Shown here piece after piece: positions 53,150 to 64,000 of a DNA stretch of 64,000 nt. Each line of letters opens with the position of its first letter. Position 1 is the stretch's first letter. The translations under genes were made by a program, and so were the position numbers. Origin of the DNA: Mobula hypostoma (lineage: Eukaryota); the NCBI RefSeq assembly GCF_963921235.1, contig NC_086108.1:52082001-52146000 (forward strand). The letters are read 5' to 3'. Under the pieces are notes generated by a model. It worked only from the letters and a program-made list of their open reading frames with translations. It searched no databases and was not told the origin of the DNA.

Positions 53150-53303
53150 ACTTATAAATCAGCTGACCCAAGAACTAAGGAACAAAGTTACACAGATAGC
53201 TCTTTTACGTGATGAAAATCACAAAGTGGTGGATCATCATATTGAAGATTTAGATTTTGAAGAACTGATTGACAGTCCATATCAGAAAGGAAATGAAGAT
53301 GAA
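53150..53303 (+). CDS. PDE4DIP: PDE4DIP coding exon: (R)LINQLTQELRNKVTQIALLRDENHKVVDHHIEDLDFEELIDSPYQKGNEDE
   Basis: Acceptor tttttactttcatgcag|A and donor GAA|gtaagt; 154 nt, phase 2 to 0. Open frame that matches the phase of the previous exon and gives EKDRLI. Confidence 0.88.
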
Positions 53304-54485
53304 GTAAGTGTTTGTTTTACAGCTAACATAAAAGCCAGTGAGATAATTCCATCAACATGCCCAAGTCTAACTGATATCACAGATATGATGATTACTGTTG
53401 AAAACTGGACTTTTAGTTTAAACACTTGTACTCTCACCACCTAATCTTCATTAGTTGCTGCTTACATAGAGTAAATTTTATAATTTATTTCTCACAGCAG
53501 CAGATTGTGGAATAGAAGTGAATATCAAAAAAATCTGGCAAGCAGACTGATGTAACGAGTTCACAGTCGAGGTTAATTTAATTGACAGATAATCTTGCAG
53601 TCCATGACTTGAGAGCTCTGACCTCAGTGCCTGAATTCTTAATAGCACAGAAAATTATGCCAGCTACAAATAGCACAATGTTTCTTACATGGGACACCGT
53701 TTCAGAGGATGGAATGCTGGGGATTGTAAGAAGTCTGGATCTAAGACAGTGATACAATATTTAAGATATAGTGTATAAAAGGCATTTTAAAACATCAACA
53801 CTGGTTACAACTTAGATAAAAGTGATGACCTAAACTGACTTTAATTAGGAATGACTCCCAGGTGTAAAAATAAAACGTTGCAAAACTATTCATTTGAAGA
53901 AAAGAATAATTTGTTTTATAGGATAACGTCTAAGAAAGGATTAGAGGTGAAATTCCCCTTACACCAAATCCCAATTCAGGCAGATTTTGGATCTCTCTAA
54001 AATCCCCAGTTGAATCGAGATCTAACGATTTATATCCATTTATATGCAAATTAAAGGGTGACCATTGAATATTTCTAGAGGCTCCATACACCGTTGTAAC
54101 TAATGGGCTGGGACTTCAATAACAATTTGAAGATATTTGGCAAAGAAAATAGTAAGCATGAATAACTACTGCTTTGGTAGTCATATCCGCCGTCACAAAG
54201 TGTTTCTGGAGGCTGAATATGACACACATTAACTGTGCCAGACTCCCAAGCAGCCTCAACCCACTGCAATTCACCTACTGCTGAAACAGGTCTATAGCAG
54301 ACATCATCCCCCTAGTCCTACACTCGTCTCTGGAGCATCAGTAAAGGCACCCACTCAAGGTAAGTTTTTCTGATATATCTCTTTTTATGATGGTTGGCAT
54401 TGGTCTGTCTTGAAGGACAATGGGAGATGATCATCATCATCACAAGCCTGGGTGGAAGGTATGGAGATCCTGAGATGCCCAGTTG

Positions 54486-55438
54486 TCAATTCAATTGAAT
54501 TGAATTTATTTCTTACATCCTTCACATACATGAGGAGTAAAAATCTTTATGTTATGTCTCCATCTGAATGTGCAATACAGTAATTTGTAATAAATAGTAT
54601 GCAGAGTAAGATATACAACAGAACAGTCAATATAGCTTAGAAATACAACTGTGTCAGCGTTAATTAATCAGTCCGATGGCCTGGTGGAAGAAGCTGTCCT
54701 GGAGCCTGTTGGTCCTGGCTTTAATGCTGCAGTAACGTTTCCTGGATGGTAGCAGCTGGAACAGTTTGTGGTTGGGGTGACTCAGGTCCCTAATGATCCT
54801 TCGGGCCCTTTTTATGCACCTATCACTGCAAATGTCCTGAATAGTGGGAACTTCACATCCACAGATGTGCTTGGGCTGTTCACACAACTCTCTGCAGAGT
54901 CCTGCGATTGAGGGAAGTACAGCTCCCTACCAGGCAGTGATACAGCCAGTTAGGATGCTCTCAATTGTGCCCCTGTAGAAAGTCCTTAGGATTTGGGGCC
55001 AGACTCATTCCATAACTTCTTCAACCTTCTGAGGTGAAAGAGGCGCTATTGTGCTTTTTTCATCACACAGCTGGTATGTATAGACTAAGTGTGGTCCTTG
55101 GTGATGTGGATACCGAGGAACTTGAAGCTGTTCACCCTCTCAATCCCGGATCCACTGATGTCAATAGGGGTGAGCCTGTCTCCGTTCCTCCTGTAGTCCA
55201 CAACAGCTGCTTTGTTTTTTGCGACAAGCCTGGAGGGAGTTATGGTGTTGAACTGTAGTCCAAGAACAGCACTCGCACCTAAGCATCCCTCTTCTCCAGA
55301 TGTGCAAGGACGTTGTGTAGAGCTGTAGCTATTGCGTCATCTGTCGATTGGTTGTGTCAGTAGGTGAATTGTAGGGGGTCCAGTGTGGGTGGTAGCATGC
55401 TTCAGATGTAGTCCTTGACCAGACTCTCAAAGCATTTG
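54486..55438 (-). mobile_element. Rex1/Babar LINE 3' fragment
   Basis: RARRIIRDLSHPNHKLFQLLPSRKRYCSIKARTNRLQDSFFHQAIGLIN; (attga)n tail near 54486-54505. Confidence 0.88.
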
Positions 55439-55776
55439 CAAAGATCCCTCTGTTAGCCTCACCAGTGCAGTCCAAAGGAAAGCTTATACGGTTTGGCACC
55501 AGTTTGGCTGCAGGAGCTGCCGGGAGGATGTTTAATGACATCCAGCCATCTTAGTGGCTCCACTCTAGATTTACTGTCTGGGTTTAACTCCCGTAGCCTT
55601 CATCTCTCCCGAGGCTGTCCACAAGACTGTGAGGCTATTTACCCATAGCTGAGGATCTGGTTACGAGAACCACATCCACACACCAGTGGGCCTACATGCT
55701 ACATGTGCAGGGGCCAGACCTCCTCCCCATCCTCTGTAGTTCAGCATGAGTCCAAAAGAAGTTCAGTTTCTGTGTG

Positions 55777-58219
55777 AACACGAGGAATTCTGCAGATGCT
55801 GGAAATTCAAGCAACACACATCAAAGTTGCTGGTGAACACAGCAGGCCAGGCAGCATCTCTAGGAAGAGGTACAGTCGACGTTTCAGGCCAAGACCCTTT
55901 GTCAGGACTAACTGAAGAAAGAGCTAGTAAGAGATTTAAAAGTGGGAGGGGGAGGGGGAGATCCAAAGTGATAGGAGAAGACAGGAGGGGGAGGGGTGGA
56001 GCTGAGAACTGGACAGGTGATTGGCAAAAGGGGCATGAGAGGATCATGGGACAGGAGGCCCAGGGAGAAGGAAAAGGGGGAGGGAGGGGAACCCAGAGGA
56101 TGGGCAAGGGGTATAGTCAGAGGGACAGAGGGAGAAAAAGGAGAGTGAGAGAAAGAATGTGTGTATATAAATAACGGATGGGGTATGAGGGGGAGGTGGG
56201 GCATTAGCGGAAGTTAGAGAAGTCAATGTTCATGCCATCAGGCTGGAGGCAACCCAGATGGACTATAAGGTGTTGCTCCTCCAACCTGAGTGTGGCTTCA
56301 TCCTTACAGTAGAGGAGGCCGTGGATAGACATGTCAGAATGGGAATGGGATGTGGAATTAAAACATGTGGCCACTGGGAGATCCTGCTTTCTCTGATGGA
56401 CAGAGCGTAGGTGTCCAGCTCTTGGCTCCAGTCTGCATCAGGTCTCGCCAATATACAGAAGGCCACATCGGGAGCACCGGACACAGTATATCACCCCAGT
56501 CGACTCACAGGTGAAGTGTCGCCTCACCTGGAAGGACTGTCTGGGGCCCTGAATGGTGGTAAGGGAGGAAGTGTAAGGGCATGTGTAGCACTTGTTCCTC
56601 TTACAAGGATAAGTGCCAGGAGGGAAATCAGTGGGGAGGGATGGGAGGGGGACGAATGGACAAGGGAGTCGCGTAGGGAGCGATCCTTGTGGAAAGCAGG
56701 GGGGGGGAGGGAAAGATGTGCTTAATGGTGGGATCCTGTTGGAGGTGGCGGAAGTTATGGAGAATAATATGTTGGACCAGGAGGCTGGTGGGGTGGTAAG
56801 GTGAGGACCAGGGGAACCCTATTCCTAGTGGGTGGAGTGAGAGCAGATGTGCGTGAAATGGGGGAGATGCATTTGAGAGCAGAGTTGATGGTGGAGGAAG
56901 GGAAGCCCTTTCTTTAAAAAAGGAGGACATCTCCCTGGTCCTGGAATGAAAAGCCTCATCCTGAGAGCAGATGCGGCGGAGACAGAGGAATTGTGAGAAG
57001 GGGATGGCATTTTTGCAAGAGACAGGGTGAGAAGAGGAATAGTCCAGTTAGCTGTGAGAGTCAGTAGGCTTATAGTAGACATCAGTAGATAAGCTGTCTC
57101 CAGAGATAGAGACAGAAAGATCTAGAAAGGGGAGAGAGGTGTCGGAAATGGACCAGGTAAACTTGAGGGCAGGGTAAAAGTTGGAGGCAAACTTAATAAA
57201 GTCAACGAGCTCAGCATGCTTGCAGGAAGCAGCGCCAATGCAGTCGTCAATGTAGCAAAGGAAAAGTGGGGGACAGATACCAGAATAGGTTCGGAACATA
57301 GATTGTTCCACAAAGCCAACAAAAAGGCAGGCATAGCTCGGACCCATGCGGGTGCCCATAGCTACACCTTTAGTTTGGAGGAAGTGGGAGAAGCCAAAGG
57401 AGAAACTATTAAGAGTAAGGACTAATTCCGCTAGATGGAGCAGAGTGGTGGTAGAGAGGAACTGATTAGGTCTGGAATCCAAAAAGAAGCAGAGAGCTTT
57501 GAGACCTTCCTGATGGGGGATGGAAGTATATAGGGACTGGACATCGATGGTGAAAATAAAGTGGTGGGAGCCAGGGAACTTAAAATCATCGAAAAGTTTA
57601 AGAGCGTGAGAAGTGTCACAAACATAGGTTGGAAGGGATTGAACAAAGGAGGATAAAACCGTATTGAGGTATGCAGAAACGAGTTCGGTGGGGCAGGGGC
57701 AAGCTGAGACAATAGGTCTGCCAGGACAGGCAGGCTTGTGGATCTTGGGTAGGAGGTAGAAACGGGAAGTGCGAGTTGTGGGAACTATAAGGTTGGTAGC
57801 AGTGGATGGGAGATCCCCTGAGCGGATAAAGTCAGTGATTGTGTGGGAGACAACGGCCTGGTGCTCCTTAGTGGGGTCATGATCGAGGGGTAAATAAGAG
57901 GAGGTATCTGCGAGTTGTCGCTGTGCCTCGGCAAGGTAGAGGTCAGTGCGCCAGACTACAACAGCACCTCCCTTATCAGCGGGTTTAATAATAAGGTTAG
58001 GATTAGTGCGGAGGGAGTGGAGAGCAGAGCGTTCGGAAGGAGTAAGGTTGGAATGGGAACAAGGTGTGGTGAAGTCGAGACAGTTGATGTCCCGTCGGCA
58101 GTTAGCAATAAAGAGAACCAGAGCAGGCAGAAGACCAGAGCGGGGTGTCCATGAAGAGGAGGAGGGTTGAAGATGGGAGAAGGGGTCATCGGTGGGGGTG
58201 GAAGAGTCCTTGCCGAACA
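55777..58219 (-). mobile_element. Neptune-like Penelope retroelement (RT and GIY-YIG endonuclease), 5'-truncated, with 13-bp TSD
   Basis: KPADKGGAVVVW, FYLLPKIHK..PGRPIVS, QTKGVAMGTRMGPSYA and YIDD; Cys-rich linker and VIYCVRCSRCGLLYIGET near 56440-56500; TSD cagtttctg(t/c)gtg at 55764-55776 and 58220-58232. Confidence 0.95.
55873..55910 (-). ncRNA. Minimal type I hammerhead ribozyme motif with a core mutation, in the Penelope 3' end
   Basis: Minus strand reads UAGUC-CUGACAA-AGGGUCUUGGCCU-GAAAC-GUC-GACUG; stem I uaguc/gacug; core G8 appears changed to A. Confidence 0.75.
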
Positions 58220-58589
58220 CAGTTTCTGCGTGTCTCACCACATGAGACTTGCTGTTGGAGAGGCTACGTACTGGCAGGGAGAAACTGACACATTCAGCTC
58301 TCTTTTTCGCAAGACTGCTAGCCAGCGGTGGGAAGCTGAAAGTGAGAGCGACAAGCACTACCCACTACACTATCACTCTAGACATATCACAACAACGATT
58401 TTAACATCTCTGTATATATGACAATAATAAATGAATTTACCTTGCTATCATGCATTATGTTTGCAATGTGAAATGTTCCTCAGACCTTTGTAGGATATTC
58501 TTTCTTCAATCTCAAGTGACTACCCTTGAATTTCGAGATGTTACTAGCTGGCATTTTCAGGATTCCCTGTGAATGTAGAGCAGTGTAAA

Positions 58590-59070
58590 TTGGCCAGATG
58601 GGACACGTAGTGGAATCCTGCATCAAGGAGCACAGGAGATGTATCTGTTTGGGTTACCCAGAGAAATCAGTGGTAGCAGAACATTGCATTCACAATGGCC
58701 ATAGGATTGACTTCGACTGCACAAAACTGTGTTGTACCAATGGCTTTTGGGACCGCATGGTGAAGGAAGCCATTGAAATAAAACTAGAGGAAAAGAATTT
58801 TAACAAAGATGAAGGTTTCACTCTAAGTAAGAACTGGAGTTCGATTGTGAAGAAGGTGATACAGTGGAAACCTGATTGGATGTGGACTAACCAATCAGGA
58901 GGGATGGGGGTATAAATACCACCGGACTAGATATGCCCAGACATCATTCCTGATGAAGATGGCAGCGTTTGACATCGAAACGTCAGTTAAAATCGATACC
59001 TGTACCCGGCTGGTAGCCCAAGAAGAGTTTATTCATCATAAATGCCGGGAATACATGAGATCCTTTTTCA
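58590..59070 (+). mobile_element. Poseidon-like Penelope element 3' fragment (GIY-YIG C-terminus and terminal repeat)
   Basis: IKEHRRC...KSVVAEH...GHRIDFD...KEAIEIK...NFNKDEGFTLS (ORF 58598-58915), followed by tataaata and a hammerhead motif. Confidence 0.88.
58945..58990 (+). ncRNA. Hammerhead ribozyme motif with intact catalytic core
   Basis: CTGATGA (58950-58956), hairpin gatggcag-cgt-ttgacatc, then GAAAC-GTC (58977-58984). Confidence 0.72.
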
Positions 59071-59243
59071 ATTTGAAGGTTGTCCTAACGCAGGCAAATG
59101 GGATTATTGCAGATGGGCAAGAAGGTCAGCATAGACATAGTGGGCCAAGGGCCCCATTTCCATGCTGTCCAACTTGAATTTATAATCTATAATCAGCTTA
59201 ATCCTGCATGACATTAAACCGTTGGTTTTCTGTATGTTGCTAG

Positions 59244-59297
59244 GAATTGCAAAGTGAAGTGGTCAGAGAGAAGTTGCGGACACAACAAGAAATACAG
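59244..59297 (+). CDS. PDE4DIP: Probable 54-nt symmetrical PDE4DIP exon: ELQSEVVREKLRTQQEIQ
   Basis: Acceptor ttttctgtatgttgctag|G and donor CAG|gtagga; 18 codons, phase 0-0, in frame after the 53303 exon. Resembles the recalled CDK5RAP2 segment AAQMEHQKERNSFEERIQ. Confidence 0.72.
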
Positions 59298-59376
59298 GTA
59301 GGAGTAAATCCCTTTATTTAATGAACTGTATGAACGTAAACTGTATTTTCTCCACATTGCCACGAGGTTCACTATT

Positions 59377-60059
59377 CAGGTTGAGTACCTTTCAACCAAA
59401 ATTCCAAAATCCAAAAACCTCTGAAATTCAAATTCTTCTTGAGCATTGACAGGACATCACAAATGGAAATTTCCACAAGGTACTGGGAAAGTTCCCAGGT
59501 GATGCGCAGGTCTGTGTGCACCACAGACAGGTCTGAGAAGTGACCTCACATTGTAATAAAAAGAAGTTAATGTAAAATAGAAAAAATACTGCATAAAGTG
59601 AAAAATGAAGATCTCGATTGTGTATTGAATGAGTGGCTTCGACAGTGTCAGAGAGAATATCTGCCACTTAATGGTATGCTGATCATGAAAAAAGCAAAGG
59701 TCTATCACATTGAACTGAAAATTGAAATTGTAATCATGAATATTCAGCAGGTTGGATGCAGAAATTTAAGAAAAGGCAGGGCATTAATTTTTAAAGATTT
59801 ATGGTGATGAAGCGTCTGCTGATCACGAAATTTATTGATGAGTTTGCCAAGGTCATCGCTGATGAAAATCTAACATGCATCAGTACGTATGTGTGATGAA
59901 CAAATGCAAGATAATGACTGCTTACCGGTAGCACATAAATTTAGAGCTGGAAATGATGGCGATCCTACTCTATCTCATTATATATTACAAGATTCAAAAA
60001 AATCTGAAATCCGAAACACTTCCGGCTCTGTGCGTTTTGGATAAGGGGTACTCAACCTG
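59377..60059 (+). mobile_element. Tigger-like (pogo) deleted DNA transposon with a CENP-B-type HTH remnant
   Basis: TIRs caggttgagtacc / ggtactcaacctg followed by TA; KNEDLDCVLNEWLRQ...PLNGMLIMKKAK (ORF 59598-59807). Confidence 0.88.
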
Positions 60060-60445
60060 TACTTATGCTGGTACTAGATTTGATTGGCATTGGTGGTGCC
60101 CTATTTATGCAACATTTGCAAATTTATTGACACTAAATTAATTGATTCTACTCTTTTTTTTAACAACCAAGATCATTCAGGTTCTGAAATGAAAGCACAT
60201 TAAGCTGGAAGCACTAGGCAGCATCTATAAAAGAAACAGATTTAATACTTAAAGTCAAAACCTTTTGATAAGAACTGGGAAAGTGAGGAAACAAGTTCTA
60301 GGTTGCAGAGAGTGTGGGGTAGGGATACCTAGGGCAAAATGAATATCTATGATAGGATGAGGCCAGGCTTCCCCAGATTCTTCCATGTTAGTAAAGCCAT
60401 CTTGTGGATAGATTATTGATGGCAGTTCAAGAAAGAGGAAACTCA

Positions 60446-61707
60446 GGATGCATCCACACTAGACTGGATAATTTTGGAAACGCCGGTTTCGTGTAAAAAC
60501 GATAGGCATCCACACCAGGCGTTTTTGAAAATACCTCCGTCCACATTAAAACGGGTATTTGGGTGAATCTCCTCCTACTGGGCATGCACAGGATACATCT
60601 ACAGAAAACAAGCAAAGAGGAAACAATATACTTGGTCATGTTTGTCCAGTTACAGACTAGAAAAACTTAAAAGGAAATTACCAAACGACGGACAGCTGTT
60701 GGCTCTCGCACAGGAGGACTTAAAACTGAAAAAGCAAATACCAGAGTGTATGGAGGTAACCGACAGAGAGTTCACAGACAGTATGACCTGGCTGATGACG
60801 AACATTGAAAAACTGACTAACTCTGTTGCAGAGAGATTCGCAATGATGAGGAATATGATGGCTCCCCCCCACCCCATGTACTTTTCACTGCCACTACAAT
60901 AGCTTCACATATGGACACACAGACCCCTGGGTGGCCCCACCAACATCTTGCCCACTCCCACAGAGGGATCACCCTGGAAACATTTCCTACAGCCATAGTC
61001 TCTTCACCGATGAAAGGGACGACAGCTACAACTAAATGCAATAAGGCTTGTTACTGGGCAAAAGTGAAATTTGCTGTTACCTCATTTGTTTGCCTTTACT
61101 TTTGCCATGACTTTCTGTATTATTTTGTTGTATTTAACATGTGCAATAAAACGAGTTACTGGGCAAAAGTGATTTTATTTTTACCTGAGTAAAAGTGAAA
61201 CTTACAATTTTCCTTTTTTGGCCTTAACATTTTTCACATCTATGCCAAACATAAGCTACTACTTAAAAATGACATTTTGGAAGTAGTGACAATTGCATCT
61301 ATTGAATGTTTGCACAAGCAATACATTAATAAAGCACCTTGTTAAATGTATAAAACAGGTCTGCATCAGTGTTATCTTGTATTTCCATACAATGTTACAT
61401 TAGGCTGTTACACATCTATTGTCAGATATTGTTGTGGTGTTGGGGGTTGCGTTCAAGAAAACAATGAAATGCCGCATTGCCGCCACCATCTGTTCCAGCA
61501 CGTCATGACAGTGTTTTTTAAAACCTTCGGTTACACCGTGTACACTACAACGCCCAACTGGCATTTTCAGATTTAAACACTCTGGAGAGTGTTTTAGAAA
61601 AGCTCTGTTTTCAGGGGAGGAAAACGCCGTTTCAGTATGGACGGAAGGTCAAAACGAAGAGATAAAGCTTCGGTTACGGATTTATCTGGTCTAGTGTGGA
61701 CGTAGCC
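60446..61707 (+). mobile_element. PIF/Harbinger non-autonomous DNA transposon
   Basis: TIRs ggatgcatccacactagactggataatt / atttatctggtctagtgtggacgtagcc flanked by TCA and TAA (TNA-type target); internal helical ORF remnant at 60642-60902. Confidence 0.82.
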
Positions 61708-62537
61708 TAAGTGACACAGAGACCTGAAAGATTTAGCAGTGATTCACATGCACATCTTCCAATCAAATAATTATATTCATTGTTCACACTGTGGTCTCCT
61801 CTGCACTGGAGTGCAGATTTGGTGGCAATTTTGCAGGCACTTCTGTACAGTAAGCTCAGGCAACACTGAGTTTCCAGCTGCATGCAACTTTAATTCTCCA
61901 TCCCACTCCCACTCTGAACAACTTGTCTGTAGCTGTCCAAACTGTTAATACAGGGCCCAACATAAACTTGTGGAACAGAACCTTATTTTCCAGCTGAGTT
62001 TGTTTTTCCTCCTTCTGCTTGTAGTAGAATGGCTAATTCTGCTGTGAAGTTATCTATCTGTGAGGTTAACACAGCTTTTCTCTGCTGATGTGCTGGGCAT
62101 TTCCGCTGTTGTCTTTTTGTTTTCATTTCAGCCACAGATCTGAGCAGTACTTCACAATTTTTGCATGTCCTTCTGTTAGTTTTCTCTCTCCCTTTCTAAC
62201 TGCCCTTAATAACAACTCAAACAGATGGCTCCATAAATATTGGAATTTCCTGGGAAACCCTGTCCTCAGCCAATCAGAAATCTTCCCTGGCTATCTTTTT
62301 CCCCTCCTTCTCTGCAAGTAAGTCACTTTCACGCTTCCACGATTCTGGTGAAAGGCCTTTGGTCAGAAGTGTTAGCTCTGTTACTCTTTCCACTATCTAA
62401 TCTCCTGGCGTATATCCAGTATTTTCTGTTTTTATTTCAGAATTCCAGTAGCTGCACTTTTTTCTCATTTTCAATCATCCAGCCATCTCCTTGGCATTTG
62501 TGTAAGCTGATTTTTCAATTAAGGTTGTTACAGTTGG

Positions 62538-62880
62538 TGGGTTAGTAATGGGGACAAGCTCCCGCCAGCTATTACATGACGTGCACTTCAAATAACCTCT
62601 GACAACCAAGTCCACCTCCTGGCTTTCACATGTGGCTTAGCTGCTAAGCCTGGTGGAACTGTTTCTACTGACAGGAAAATGGTAAAAGGCGGGTTACTGA
62701 TGTCTTAAAGCCAGCTGCTTTGGGCAGATGGGGCTCATCAGCCATGGTTAGCAGCTAATCTAGGAGAAGGAAAACTTTAATCTCAAACCTCCACTACCTT
62801 GCGACTATACCCACGCATGAGGTAGGCTTCGGAAGTAAACCCCGAGGGAAAACTCCGGAGCTGGAGTCTCTAAGGCAGTG
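62538..62880 (+). mobile_element. SINE or RTE-5'UTR-like repeat
   Basis: GC-richer block gggttagtaatggggacaagctccc...ctaggagaaggaaaact...gctggagtctctaaggcagt; family assignment uncertain. Confidence 0.45.
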
Positions 62881-64000
62881 GGATGAGTGGGTTTGATGTT
62901 TTTCTTTTGTACGGGTTCCATGGTTTTATTTTTTTTGTGTGGCTGTCTGTGGGGAAAACAAATCCCAGAGTTGTAATTTTGCATGCATACTTTGATAATA
63001 AATGTACTTTGAATCTGAGTTGCAATTATTTTATCAAATTAATTCTTGGCATGGCAAAGCGCTTATATCTTTTACTGTACTTTGAGGAGGAAAATAAGTT
63101 TAATTTTGATTAACTTGTTAACAATGGAGAATTAAAGGATTCACTTTATTTATCAATAAATCATAAAAAAATTATGCAAAGCCAACTCAGTGGTAGTTTT
63201 TTCACTTTTCAGTTGAAACTTACTGAGCACACAGTCTCCAGACTGATGTCTCAAAAAAACAGTGAAGAGTGTTTCATTATTGATGGATAATTTATTTCAG
63301 AAGACATCTTGTGATCTTTTCCACATGAATGCAAGAGATTTCATTGCACTATTTCAAAGAGTGCTTGGGAATTCTCCCAGTGCTTTGACCACATTTTTCA
63401 AATAAGATTAAACAAAGATTAAAGGAAAACAGACTAACCAGTTAGTTGTCTCAGGCATAAATGCCAGCAATGATGTCTAGGATAAAATCAGAGTAAACAT
63501 TCAGAAAAAAATGATCATTCAGAACCTATGGCATCTTAATCACATGAGTTATTCATTATAAATATACAAACATTTGTATTTAATGTACTTTGTTCATTCC
63601 ACATAGATGTGGGTATGTGTGTTTGTATCTGTGCAGACTATTAGTTACTAATGCACATCTTTTAAATAACTGACAAACGAGTAGAGAATTCAATTGACCA
63701 GATGTTGGTCATAAGGTAAATATTGCCCAGGCCGTGAAGAGAAGTCCTTGGTGTAATAACTTGCCCTAAAATTAGCATCTTTGACAATGTGGTACTCCTT
63801 CAATATTGCACTGAAGTATAGGCATAAATTTTATGTGCGGTAAGTATCAGACTTACACAGGCAGGCACCTCCCAGTCTCCACCTAGCTACAGGAACCATC
63901 AGCCACTCATCTCCTGCAGCCTATTTAAACCCTGCTCTCATCCACTGTCCATGTTCACTCTTCGTAACAGCCAGCCTCAACCTTCAGTTACTTTGTTGCC

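Noticed and set aside
57048..58358. 436-aa ORF as a cellular gene
   Set aside because: It is Penelope RT; the N-terminus crosses the TSD into flanking repeat and the frame ends at a nonsense mutation.
63213..63290. Possible further PDE4DIP exon after ttttcacttttcag (LKLTEHTVSRLMSQKNSEE...)
   Set aside because: Good acceptor but no convincing donor before the stop and no recognisable similarity to the family.
53304..64000. Large alternative first exon of the EB-binding myomegalin isoform (recalled MKEICRIC...)
   Set aside because: No such long + strand ORF is present in the ORF track or sequence; it is probably downstream.

Overview
This is vertebrate genomic DNA, AT-rich and repeat-dense. 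The CR1, Rex1/Babar, Penelope, RTE and V-SINE repertoire suggests a cartilaginous fish, probably a ray (inference). The whole window lies inside one + strand gene, PDE4DIP/myomegalin (CM1 centrosomin family, paralogue of CDK5RAP2). Four clear coding exons (9795-9871, 49136-49259, 50919-51085, 53150-53303) and one probable 54-nt exon (59244-59297) splice in frame with canonical AG/GT sites; one intron is about 39.3 kb. The rest is intronic and largely transposon-derived: CR1, Rex1/Babar, L1, RTE, Neptune- and Poseidon-like Penelope elements, tRNA SINEs, Tc1, pogo/Tigger and Harbinger elements, all defective. Most notable: (i) hammerhead-ribozyme motifs at Penelope 3' ends, (ii) two L1 insertions with full twin-priming 5'-inversion signatures and TSDs, (iii) CDK5RAP2-like features in this PDE4DIP including the 54-nt exon, and (iv) several nested insertions. 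I found no convincing wholly new system. Comparisons with human proteins are from memory and need alignment; most repeat boundaries are approximate.
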